Shown here in pieces: positions 1 through 22,887 of a stretch of DNA of 64,000 bases. Every line of letters starts with the position of its first letter. The stretch's first letter is position 1. The DNA comes from Chrysomallon squamiferum. Taxonomy: Eukaryota; Animalia; Mollusca. A program made the position numbers and the translations under genes. Where the stretch lies: NCBI GenBank assembly GCA_012295275.1, contig CM022669.1, positions 9,858,001-9,922,000 of the forward strand, given 5' to 3'. The notes beneath the pieces were generated by a model. That model saw only the letters and a program-made list of their open reading frames with translations. It was not told where the DNA came from and did not search any database.

Positions 1-13
1 TTGGATAATTTTA

Positions 14-460
14 TCACAGTCTCTGGTCACCCCTATCTTGATCATGTCTGGGTCTTTGCCCGAAAGCAAATCCGCCCTTTTTCATACTTTCTGCTATCTG
101 GCGTTGGGTTCCTCGCTGTTTCCCTTTACCTCTGTAACCACCCTTTACTTCTGGTGGGTGCACAAAATGTCTTTTTGCCTGTTGTTCCATTGCTTTAATA
201 ATATCTACTTCATCTGGAATGTGCACAAATCTTATCTGTTTTCCTTGAACATAGAAGTCCGTGAATTTGGTTTCTTTTCCTTTCACCGGTTTGAAGATAA
301 CATTATTCATGGTAAGATTCATATAACCATCACATAAAACAATCGTTCCTACAATTAAGTTTTCATTCCTTAGTTCTACTTGAGTCCTTTTACCTTCCAA
401 GGCTTTAAGTAAGCAAACCATTGTATTTTTTATTTTAAAATGTTCTCTTGCAGACGTCAT
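14..460 (-). CDS. LSM10: U7 snRNP-specific Sm-like protein LSm10 (148 aa, CDS in one exon)
   Basis: Sm fold with Lsm10-type signatures: NTMVCLLKALEGKRTQVELRNE, DGYMNL, YVQGKQIRFVHIPDEVDII..MEQQ (cf. vertebrate LSM10 NSLIILLQGLQG...VDLRDE...DAFMNI...GRNVRYVHIPDDVNI..IEQQ). Possible 5'UTR splice acceptor (TTTTGCAG, minus strand) at ~661-660. Confidence 0.88.
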   Translation of the reverse strand: MTSAREHFKIKNTMVCLLKALEGKRTQVELRNENLIVGTIVLCDGYMNLTMNNVIFKPVKGKETKFTDFYVQGKQIRFVHIPDEVDIIKAMEQQAKRHFVHPPEVKGGYRGKGKQRGTQRQIAESMKKGGFAFGQRPRHDQDRGDQRL

Positions 461-1214
461 TGTTGAGTAGAAGCAGTGTACTAATCGAAATGTGGAAAAT
501 GATTTCCGGTTATGGTCGGGCTAAAAACCGGACAGTAATTCAGTGACTGTCGCAATGTCAGTAAAGCTTAACGATGATATGATGTTGCATTACAATACAG
601 TGTACATTCAGAATATGAATAACATAATAATATTATCGTCGATCAAAACGTGAAAATATCTGCAAAAGACATATAATAATAATAATAATAATAATAATTT
701 AAAACTAATGGTATCAAGTACTAGTGTCCAAACTAATTATTTTTTTTTTTTTCTAAAATTTCTGGTAAAGAATTTATTTATTTAGTTTTAGTTTTAGTTT
801 TAGTTATTTAAAATGCATTACATAACTTGTTATTAAATCGAACATCGCATTTGTCTGAAATTTAATTTCGGCACTCTTGCGACTCGCAGAATAGTTTCCA
901 AACAGCCGTTCCCTGTGGACAACAGTCTGCGAAATGTCTAGAGGTTGTCTGTCTATTTCACACTTGCAATCAAAACTGACAGGCCATGTCTGTGAAGGCC
1001 GCTCTTGCCTTTGTCTCGGGATCTTTCGTGCCGACTGCATCGATACCCACATTATTAAATATAGCTCCATTATTTACACTTGGTCAAGGTTTTGATAGCG
1101 AAATTTCTTTTTCTCAAACTGTTAGAACTGTTCTGTCTGGTGGCTAAGTGACTGTTTATCGTCTGCTGCGTTTTAAGAAGTGTAACAGCTGATGTTTATG
1201 GCTATGAATTTGTA

Positions 1215-1380
1215 GCATAAGTAGTAGAAGTGGTGAAAGTAGTAGCAATAGTGTCAGCAGCAGTAATAGTAGTAGTAGTAGTAATAGTAGTAGTAGTAAT
1301 AGCTGTAGTAGTAGTAGCTGTAGTAGTAGTAGTAGTACCAACACTAGTCATAGCAGCAGCAGCAATAGGAGTAGTAGTAA
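1215..1380. repeat. Imperfect (AGT/AGC)n trinucleotide repeat
   Basis: Directly visible; it produces the poly-Leu ORF at 1156-1344. Confidence 0.9.
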
Positions 1381-1383
1381 TAG

Positions 1384-1529
1384 GATAGGATAGGATAGGA
1401 TAGGATAGGAAAAAATTAACGTGCTAATCAGAGCAAGCTGTTGTGAAGCACGTCTGCGACGGGCACGCTTTCTGACAGGTCAGCGGGCGTGTCCGTCGCA
1501 GAAAAGAGTTTTGGGTAGGGAAAAGAATG
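1384..1529 (-). mobile_element. 5'-truncated retroposon (SINE/LINE 3' end) with (TCCTA)n tail and GC-rich hairpin
   Basis: (TAGGA)6 at 1381-1410; near-perfect inverted repeat at 1453-1502; flanking 13-bp direct repeat GTAGTAGTAATAG at 1371-1383 and 1530-1542 (putative TSD, but low complexity). Confidence 0.55.
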
Positions 1530-1978
1530 GTAGTAGTAATAGCAAATATTTTATTTTATAGTAATTAACGAAATTCTGGTTAACTTCGCTCTTGTGGACA
1601 AGAAGCTGAGAAGCAACATGTTACATAAGATGACATATGACTACAAGGAATATATTAGTATATTTAACGGGAGACGATCCCATTGCCTACCAGTCCTTAA
1701 ATATCTTGATGGCTGAATTCATTAACACAATTATCATTCCATAGTCTGTTGTATTATTATTATTATTATCATCATCATCACTACCATCATCATAATCATC
1801 ATCGTTATGATTGTTGTTGTCGATGATTCTTACAATAATATATTTATTTTATTATATCTTCTAATGCGCAGTGTTTATTTACTTATTCATTTAGTGATAG
1901 TCTGACGAGTGTAAAATCACGGTTAGTCACTAATACAGTTAATTTTATTTTATTTTATTATTATAGCAAAAATTGTGC

Positions 1979-1982
<4 letters not shown>

Positions 1983-2072
<90 letters not shown>
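1983..2072. repeat. (GA)n microsatellite
   Basis: Directly visible. Confidence 0.97.
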
Positions 2073-2073
<1 letters not shown>

Positions 2074-2369
2074 GTACAGTTGTTGGTCAAACAAACAGAA
2101 TGACAAAAAGACTGAGCATCGTTCACACCAAAAGAAAGCATTAAAATAAGTGACATGCTTACAATGCATATACACAGAACATTACCTTATAGAAGGTTAC
2201 ATAACAAATTATTTGCAAAGAATAAAAAGCAAAGTTAATCCCCATGTTTTGGCATATTTCATTGGTATATTCACCCGAAAACAAAGAGATTACTGGAAAT
2301 AAAATTAATTAGCTTCGAGATTACGTAACTGTAAGCAAAACGCCAATCAGTAACTACGTGATAACCTGG

Positions 2370-2470
2370 CCACGTGGGTGTTGGTGGATACCTGGGTGGT
2401 ATAAATACAAGATCAGATTTTTCAACATCACATTTTCACCTCACAGCGATATTTTCTATCTACGTGAGCA
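2370..2470 (+). promoter_or_regulatory. Core promoter of tubulin copy 1 (type A, shared with copy 10)
   Basis: CACGTG, GGTGGATACCTGG and TATAAATA (2400-2407), about 124 bp upstream of the ATG; homologous to 52775-52875 on the minus strand. Confidence 0.7.
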
Positions 2471-2523
2471 GATACTTTTGGATTTTTATTCACCGTTTTA
2501 TTTGACTTCAACAACACACAAAC

Positions 2524-5453
<2,930 letters not shown>

Positions 5454-6351
5454 ACGGAATTGAACTAATATATTAATTTATATCCGAGTATTTGTTATTT
5501 CTGTGTTTCATTTATGAAATAAAAGTTTTTGAATAATATTCTGTTATTTTATATTTTCATGCAAAAGAAATCAAATATAATGCATATGTTTACATGCCAA
5601 TGTTGCCTAATTTCATTTGTCTGTTTGTGTCTTCTATTTATTACATTTATATGGCTAAGATAAACTAACAATTTAACGGTTCCGAAGTAAAGGATGAAAA
5701 TGACAGTAAGAAAGATAAGAATTGAGATTACGGACTTCTGTTTAGTATATATCTATTTCATTGAAATTGTATTAAATACACCTTAAGTACAAATTAATTT
5801 GTTTTAATGCATAAAATGGATAATCCTATCAGCCGCTGAAAACAGATAAAAGAACACGCACATGCGCACTGGCATGCACACACACATAGTATGAGGAGAT
5901 AGGGAGTGAAAAAAAATGTCGTTGATAGAAAGATAATGAAAGAAAGAAAAATAAAGGAAAAAACAAGAGATAAAGACTGAAATAGAGAACTTTTAGAGAA
6001 ATAGAAAGAATGAAATAGAGAAGGTTTGACTGTGAGAAAGAATAGGATTTAGTAATAACAACACATGATTTCTGAATCTGTAAACGGTGACAGATAATAA
6101 ACAAAAATAAATTATTTAATTATAAATTTCTGACTAATGAATTGAAGATAAATTATCTGAGAGAGAGATCAACTAACATTGTTATTCTGTTGTACATGAT
6201 ATGGAAGTTTAATTTCATGTGCTTACAACGTGTTAACACCATCTGCCATAAATCTGGCTATCACAGATTTTATTTCACATCATCATATTATTAAACTGGA
6301 CAGTTCATATTCACCTTGTTCGTAGATAGAAACAAGGCAGGCTGAAGACAT

Positions 6352-7175
6352 GGGCGCCACGCATGCGCACTTACTCATTGCCAAGTGATGAATATTGTAA
6401 TTAAAAAGCGCATTGTTTTAAAGACGTACGAAAAGTTCATCATTGGTTGTTCTTGTTCTTCGAAAGAAGACCCATCGAATAAAGTTATTTTAGCGGTAGG
6501 CATCAAAACAATTCAAGGATCTAAGGTCAAGTGACATATTTCTGCACGCTTGGATGTACCCAGTAACAAAGATAGGTTTTGATACAACCCCACAAATAAT
6601 AATTTTGGCCACGCGTTTGCAGTTGTATTTTGCGTACAGCAATAAGCATCGGTGGCGCGCTAGAAGATATGCACTGCCAATCAGTCCTATGTACAGAAAA
6701 TATAAGCAGAATTGTTTAGCGTGTGGTGTGTAGGTTTATCGCCTCGGCCAGATCACTTTACGTACGTCCGATTGGCTACTCCTCCGTCACGTGGACCTAC
6801 ATTTTCTCTTTATAGAAGAATTATTTGCAAATGAATGGATTTTTTTTTTTTTTCAAGAAACTTGGAGTTTTGAGACACATGTGTTTTATAAATCTCAAGA
6901 TACGTGTTGTTCAACAAAAGAAATTGGTTAAAGTAACCAAAATGTATACTTGGAGTTTTGCCGACACAGTCTAAAAGAGTTAATCCAATCCTCTTTCCTA
7001 ACCTCAGTTGGAACAAATTTTACTCAAGTAAACACGTGTTTGTGGGACACTGTAAACAACTGACTACATTATGCTAAGTAGATATTCAAGAAAGCAAGTG
7101 CGCATGCGCGAATGGCAAAATTGTCGAAGGAAGAATATCTTGCACCCCGGTGTGCCACATGCTAGAGGGCGCTAC
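6352..7175. mobile_element. ~820-bp CpG-richer segment present in units A and B (second copy 12263-13091) but absent at the homologous site ~18500; possible non-autonomous element
   Basis: Flanks CTGAAGACAT and CTTCA..TATCTGAGAT are only ~18 nt apart downstream of copy 3; subterminal inverted repeat at 6360-6372 / 7096-7108; ends GGGCGCCAC / GGGCGCTAC. Confidence 0.4.
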
Positions 7176-8527
7176 TTCAGTTATCTGAGATTTTCTACAT
7201 ATAAAAAATAAAATGTTAAATAATGAATACAATTTTAAAAAATGAAATAAAATGTGAAAATTCCTTGAGTGGAGTCATAATCTGTTTATTAATTCTTCAT
7301 GTTAAGGGATCAAACTGATAAAGGCAATTTCCACGACTGACAGCTAAGGCGCTAACATTCAAGGACCCACCCAAGTCTGGAGGTCTGTTTTACCTCCAGG
7401 GGCAAGCAAAACAAACAAACAAACAAACAAAAATCATACATAGCATGTTGGGACATAACACAAGTGTCTTTTATTTATCTATTTATTATTATTCATGAGA
7501 TTTATAGATTAGACTCTTTTTGCCGATAAACCTGTTTGATGTCTGATGTCTTTGAAGTCAGTTATGTCTTTCATTGCAACGATGTCGGTAGACTTCAAAA
7601 GGTAACCTTAGACATAAACGAATTCATTCAGTGGATATCGTTTCTATCGGAACACAGATATCTAATTTATATTTTTCGGTATCTTTCCTTTCAAGATAAT
7701 TTTATAATAATAATAAAAATTAATTAATAAAGGTAAAACTTAAATAACTGCTGTAGTGAATACTGAATTTTCAAAATAGCATCGTTGACCAAATAAAATG
7801 AATAAAAAGAATGATACGTGTAATGTAAAACTCATAGAAAGAAAATATTGCTTTTGAACTCTGATAGAGTTCTGATTTGTGCCATCCCCACTAAAAAAAA
7901 AATAAAAAAAACAGAAAAAAAAAATAAAAGGAAAAAAGGTCTGCTCAGAAGCGATGTTTAAAAAAAAAATAAAAAAATATATATGCATGGATTGATGTTG
8001 AATGTTTGAATTATCAAAATTATGTTCCAAATCGTTTGAACTCGCACGTTATGACATTTTCTACTTTTTCTTTGAATATTAGACCGTCGTCCAGTTTCAA
8101 TAGAAAGTTTAGCATTCCAGGTTCTAAATTTACATAAGATATTAGCACTTTCTTTTGAGACAGCAAAGAAAAATAGTTTTCTAACTTAAATTCATTTTTA
8201 TTTTTTATCTAATTAATACCCTTTGAAGACGTTTCAGTTTTATTTTCCATATTTGTTGATATTGATCGTGTAATATTTTGGATACCATTTCACGTTATCA
8301 TTTAACATTATCAAAGTTGAGATATGTTCATATATATCTTAAATCACAAAGTGTTTGAATACTAAAACAAATCTGTTAATGTTTATCCGTTAATCAATGA
8401 TTCAATTAACAGTAAGTTTGGTAAAGCATTCCTTATCTAATCTTTTGTCTAGTAATGAAGACGGGTGGTCAGTTGCCTTCAAGCTAATTACAAAGCTAAA
8501 AATAAACGTATGACAGTTAAACGAACA

Positions 8528-8660
8528 AAGCGCTAGGTAACGCGTTCCCTGGCTAACCCATGTTGTTGACGACTGACTGGTCAGAAAGGTATAAAAACCC
8601 AGTCACATCTGTCTGTTAAACATTGCACTCTCACAACGATTGATTTCATCCACGTGAGCA
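8528..8660 (+). promoter_or_regulatory. Type B tubulin core promoter (copies 2-6)
   Basis: AAAGCGCTAGGTAACGCGTTCCCTGGCTAACCCATGTTGTTGACGACTGACTGGTCAGAAAGGTATAAAAA recurs nearly unchanged with TATA at 8590, 14526, 20145, 25539 and 33144 (minus strand). Confidence 0.8.
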
Positions 8661-8709
8661 GCAGATATTTTGGAATTTAATAACACACAGTTTTTATTCT
8701 ACTATAAAC

Positions 8710-11141
<2,432 letters not shown>

Positions 11142-11846
11142 ACGGAATTGAACTAATATATTAATTTATATCCGAGTATTTGTTATTTCTGTGTTTCATT
11201 TATGAAATAAAAGTTTTTGAATAATATTCTGTTATTTTATATTTTCATGCAAAAGAAATCAAATATAATGCATATGTTTGCATGCCAGTGTTGCCTAATT
11301 TCATTTGTCTGTTTGTGTCTTCTATTTATTACATTTATATGGCTAAGATAAACTAACAATTTAACGGTTCCGAAGTAAAGGATGAAAATGACAGTAAGAA
11401 AGATTTAAGAATTGAAACTACGGACTTCTGTTTAGTATATATCTATTTCATTGCAATTGTATTAAATACACCTTAAGTACAAATTAATTTGTTTTAATAC
11501 ATAAAATGGATAATCCTATCAGCCGCTGAAAACAGATAAAAGAACACGCACATGCGCACTGGCATGCACACACATATAGTATGAGGAGATATAGAGTGAA
11601 AAAAAATGTCGTTGATAGAAAGATAATGAAAGAAAGAAAAATAAAGGAAAAAACAAGAGATAAAGACTGAAATAGAGAACTTTTAGAGAAATAGAAAGAA
11701 TGAAATAGAGAAGGTTTGACTGTGAGAAAGAATAGGATTTAGTAATAACAACACATGATTTATGAATCTGTAAACGATGACAGATAATGAACAAAAATAA
11801 ATTATTTAATTATAAATTTCTGACTAATGAATTGAAGATAAATTAT

Positions 11847-11848
<2 letters not shown>

Positions 11849-11932
<84 letters not shown>
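11849..11932. repeat. (GA)n microsatellite
   Basis: Directly visible; paralogous GA tracts at ~6160, 18047-18148 and 24411-24484. Confidence 0.97.
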
Positions 11933-11935
<3 letters not shown>

Positions 11936-14645
11936 ACAAGTATAATTTCATAATCGAACAATTCTGTTCAATACAACATCTGTATTCACAGTCAGGCAAA
12001 TTAACAAGTAAATGACTGACAACAATCTGATACACAACCAACTGTTAATCTGTTTGTTGTCATACAAAATTACGTATATCAACTAACATTGTTATTCTGT
12101 TGTACATGTTACGGAAGTTTAATTTCATATGCCTTACAACGTGTTAACACCATCTGCCATAAATCTGGGTATCACAGATTTTATTTCACATCATCATATT
12201 ATTAAACTGGGCAGTTCATATTCACCTTGTTCGTAGATAGAAACAAGGCAGGCTGAAGACATGGGCGCCACGCATGCGCACTTACTCATTGCCAAGTCAT
12301 GAATATTGTAATTAACAAGCGCATTGTTTTAAAGACGTACGAAAAGTTCATCATTGGTTTTTCTTGTTCTTCGAAAGAAGACCCATCGAATAAAGTTATT
12401 TTAGCGGTAGGCATCAAAACAATTCAAGGATCTAAGGTCAAGTGACATATTTCTGCACGCTTGGATGTACCCAGTAACAAAGATAGGTTTTGAGACAACC
12501 CCACAAATAATAATTTTGGCCACGCGTTTGCAGTTGTATTTTGCGTACAGCAATAAGCATCAGTAGCGCGCTAGAAGATATGCACTGCCAATCAATCCTA
12601 TGTACAGAAAATATAAGCAGAATTGTTTAGCGTGTGGTGTGTAGGTTTATCGCCTCGGCCAGATCACTTTACGTACGTCCGATTGGCTACTCCTTCGTCA
12701 CGTGGACCTACATTTTCTCTTTATAGAAGAATGATTTGCAAATGAATGGATTTTTTTTTTTTTTCAAGAAACTTGGAGTTTTGAGACACATGTGTTGTGA
12801 GTTTTATAAATCTCAAGATACGTGTTGTTCAACAAAAGAAACTGGTTAAAGTAACCGAAATGTATACTTGGAGTTTTGCCGACACAGTCTAAAAGAGATA
12901 ATCCAATCCTTTCCTAACCTCAGTTGGAACAAATTTTACTCAAGCAAACACGTGTTTGTGGGACATTGTAAACAACTGACTACATTATGCTAAGTAGATA
13001 TTCAAGAAAGCAAGTGCGCATGCGCGAATGGCAAAATTGTCGAAGGAAGAATATCTTGCACCCCGGTGTGCCACATGCTAGAGGGCGCTACTTCAGTTAT
13101 CTGAGATTTTCTACATATAAAAAATAAAATGTTAAATAATGAATACAATTTTAAAAAATGAAATAAAATGTGAAAATTCCTTGAGTGGAGTCATAATCTG
13201 TTTATTAATTCTTCATGTTAAGGGATCAAACTGATAAAGGCAATTTCCACGACTGACAGCTAAGGCGCTAACATTCAAGGACCCACCCTAGACTGGAGGT
13301 CTGTTTTACCTCCAGGGGCAAGCAAAACAAACAAACAAACAAACAAAAATCATACATAGCATGTTGGGACATAACACAAGTGTCTTTTATTTATCTATTT
13401 ATTATTATTCATGAGATTTATAGATTAGACTCTTTTTGCCGATAAACCTGTTTGATGTCTGATGTCTTTGAAGTCAGTTATGTCTTTCATTGCAACGATG
13501 TCTGTAGACTTCAAAAGGTAACCTTAGACATAAACGAATTCATTCAGTGGATATCGTTTCTATCGGAACACAGATATCTAATTTATATTTTTCGGTATCT
13601 TTCCTTTCAAGATAATTTTATAATAATAATAAAAATTAATTAATAAAGGTAAAACTAAAATAACTGCTGTAGTGAATACTGAATTTTCAAAATAGCATCG
13701 TTGACCAAATAAAATGAATAAAAAGAATGATACGTGTAATGTAAAACTCATAGAAAGAAAATATTGCTTTTGAACTCTGATAGAGTTCTGATTTGTGCCA
13801 TACCCACTAAAAATAAAAAAATAAAAATAAATAAATAAAACAGAAAAAAAAAAAGAAGCAAAAAAGGTCTGCTCAGAAGCGATGTTTAAAAAAATAAAAT
13901 AATATATACATGGATTGATGTTGAATGTTTGAATTATCAAAATTATGTTCCAAATTGTTTGAACTCGCACGTTATTACATTTTCTACTTTTTCTTTGATT
14001 ATTAGACCATCGTCCAGTTTCAGTAGAAAGTTTAGCATTCCAGGTTCTAAATTTACATAAGATATTAGCACTTTCTTTTGAGACAGCAAAGAAAAATAGT
14101 TTTCTAACTTAAATTCATTTTTTTTTTGTTTTTTTTAATTAATACCCTTTGAAGACGTTTCAGTTTTATTTTCCATATTTGTTGATATTGATCGTGTAAT
14201 ATTTTGGATATCATTTCACGTTATCATTTAACATTATCAAAGTTGAGATATGTTCATATATATCTTAAATCACAAAGTGTTTGAATACTAAAACAAATCT
14301 GTTAATGTTTATCCGTTAATCAATGTTTCAATTACATCTCGTTAACAGTAAGTTTGGTAAAGCATTCCTTATCTAATCTTTTGTCTAGTAATGAAGACGG
14401 GTTGTCAGTTGCCTTCAAGCTAATTACAAAGCTAAAAATAAACGTATAACAGTTAAACGAACAAAGCGCTAGGTAACGCGTTCCCTGGCTAACCCATGTT
14501 GTTGACGACTGACTGGTCAGAAAGGTATAAAAACACAGTCACATCTGTCTGTTAAACATTGCACTCTCACAACGATTGATTTCATCCACGTGAGCAGCAG
14601 ATATTTTGGAATTTAATAACACACAGTTTTTATTCTACTATAAAC

Positions 14646-17153
<2,508 letters not shown>

Positions 17154-17643
17154 ACGGACAAACTAAAAAATTAATTATTATCCGAATATTTGATATTTCT
17201 GTTTTATTTATGAAATAAAAGTTTTTGAATAATAATATTTTGTTATTTTATATAGTTATATAAAAAAAAAATCAAAGGAATGCCAGTATATTTGTAATAC
17301 ATAAGAATATGTTTCCATTGTTGTATTACTATATTTCATTTGTCTGTTTGTGTTTTCTATTTATTACTCTTGTATGGTTGAGGTAAAGTAACAGTTTAAG
17401 GGTTCCGAATTCAAGGATGAAAATGAAAGTAACATAACCAAACAACCGAGATTACGGACTTCTGTTTAGTGTATATCTATTTCATTAAATTAATTATATT
17501 AAGTACACCTGAAAAGGTTTTTAAAGAAACACCGGTAGAAAAAATTTGATTGATATCAAAATACACACCTTGACTTAATACATACAATGGATGATCCTAA
17601 CGGAACTGTAAATAGACAAAATAAATACGTACATGCGCACCTT

Positions 17644-18150
<507 letters not shown>

Positions 18151-19747
18151 TTTCGAAACACAAAGAATGGAGAAAATTGGCAGTATGAAGTGTAATTTCA
18201 TAATCTAACAATTCTCTTCAGTTCATCATCCGTATTCACGGTCAGGCAAATTAACAAGTAAAAGACACAGCAATCTGATACACGACAAACTGTTTATCTG
18301 CTTGTATTACGTATATCAGCTAACATTGCTATTCTCTTGTACATGTTAAGGTTGTTTCATAACAGGTGCTTACAACGTATTAACACCATCTACCATAAAA
18401 TAGTAGCTGTCACAGATTATATTTCGCTCTATCGTATTATTAAACTGGAGAAATCATATTCGCCTTTTTCGTAGATAGAAGCAAAGCAGACTGAAGACAT
18501 TGGCAACTCGGACAGTCGCTTCAAATATCTGAGATGTTGCACATACTTATAAAGGAGAAAACGTTAACTAATAAATAAAATAAAATAAAAATTCAATGTG
18601 AACATTCCTTGAGTGGAGTAAAATTTTCTAGAATCTGTTTATTAATTCTTCATGTTAAGGAATCAAACTGACAAAGGCAATTTCCACGACTTGGGCGCTG
18701 ATATTAAGTCCGGGACACAAGGAACCCCTCCCCCACCACAAGGTCCCGCTCTGGAGAGGAGGCCTCTTCAACCTCCAAAGGCTAGCAACAAAGAAACATA
18801 TAAACAATCAAACAAGCAAACAAAAAACACACATAGCATGTTTGGTGATAACATAACTATCATTTTGCTAAGTCGGAGTGTTTATAAAACATAAATATGC
18901 TTGGACTGATGTTGAATGTTTGAATTATCAGAATTATGTACCAAATGGTTTGAACTCGAACATTTTGGCGGGCTAACCTTTGGCGACTGATGTGCAGTGC
19001 AGTGCAGGAAACGGTGCAACGCCATCTTTAAAAATATCGTATAAAGCTGGCGTACCACAATAAAATTATTTATTTTGGATAAAACAAATTCCATATCGAT
19101 GTGACTGCCTATTTTAGTAGTGAAATAAGAATATAAAAATGTTACACGTATTCGCTGATCTAAGGGTCCGGTAAGTGGATAAATAAACATTTTAAAATAA
19201 ATTAACAAACAAACAAACAAATAAACATTATTATATTGAGGATTAAAACCGGTTATATAAGTGAAAACAAAAGTAAAAAAAAAAAAAAAAAAAAATTAAT
19301 AATAAAATAAAGATTTATTTCTAACCTTGAGAAAATTCCCTTTTGATAAGCTTAGAGAAATGTAAAATAGTTTACAAATAAAAGCTGCGCATGCCTAGTA
19401 CAATAACATGAAGGACATTAAGAACAAGATAAAGGATTTGTCTTTTCTAAAGAAAAACACAGACACTAAAAATCAACTATTAAAAGACCCGAGGGAGTAT
19501 TAACTACTTTTCAGCATACTCCAATAACTGTGTTTAATAACGCGTTCCTTGACTAACTCCTTGGAAAATTGTAAATTAAAAATGGTCAGTCTGCATTAAA
19601 GTAAGGTAATTCAATGTATACCTACATTGCTGTTAATATCATATTCTCCAAAGAATTGTGTTCGAAATATTAATTTAATATTAACTCCAGATATATATAT
19701 TATTCATATAAAATAAATAATAATATCTATCAGTCTATCTGGTTATC

Positions 19748-19749
<2 letters not shown>

Positions 19750-19822
<73 letters not shown>
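19750..19822. repeat. (CA)n microsatellite
   Basis: Directly visible; shorter paralog at ~25173-25220. Confidence 0.96.
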
Positions 19823-19825
<3 letters not shown>

Positions 19826-20264
19826 TAGTCACTTTGTTCTAAAGGCATAATTATAATTTAACAGATTATTTCCATACTAATAATCTACCCCATACAGAAG
19901 TGTTTGAATACTAAAACAAATCTGTTAATGTTTATCCGTTTCTCAATCACATCTCATTAAAAATGAGGTTGACAAAGCATTCCATATACAATTTTTTATT
20001 TAATAATGAAAACAAGAAATCACTGGGCTTTAAGGTAATTACAGATAAAGGTAAATATAAACCTGTAACAGTTACACAAACAAAGCGCTAGGTAACGCGT
20101 TCCCTGGCTAACCCATGTTGTTGACGACTGACTGGTCAGAAAGGTATAAAAACACAGTCAGGTCTCTGTGTTAAACATTGCACTCTCACAACGACTGATT
20201 TCATCCACGTGAGCAGCAGATATTTTGAAATTTAATAACACACAGTTTTTATTCTACTACAAAC

Positions 20265-22887
<2,623 letters not shown>

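Noticed and set aside
1411-1510. Hammerhead ribozyme, pre-miRNA or U7 snRNA next to LSM10
   Set aside because: CTGATTAG does not match the CUGANGA core in a three-stem layout; no U7 Sm site (AAUUUGUCUAG-like) precedes the hairpin; the tail and TSD favour a retroposon end.
7377-7399. Hairpin CTGGAGGT-N7-ACCTCCAG
   Set aside because: Short, and not preserved as such in the older paralog at ~18751-18778.
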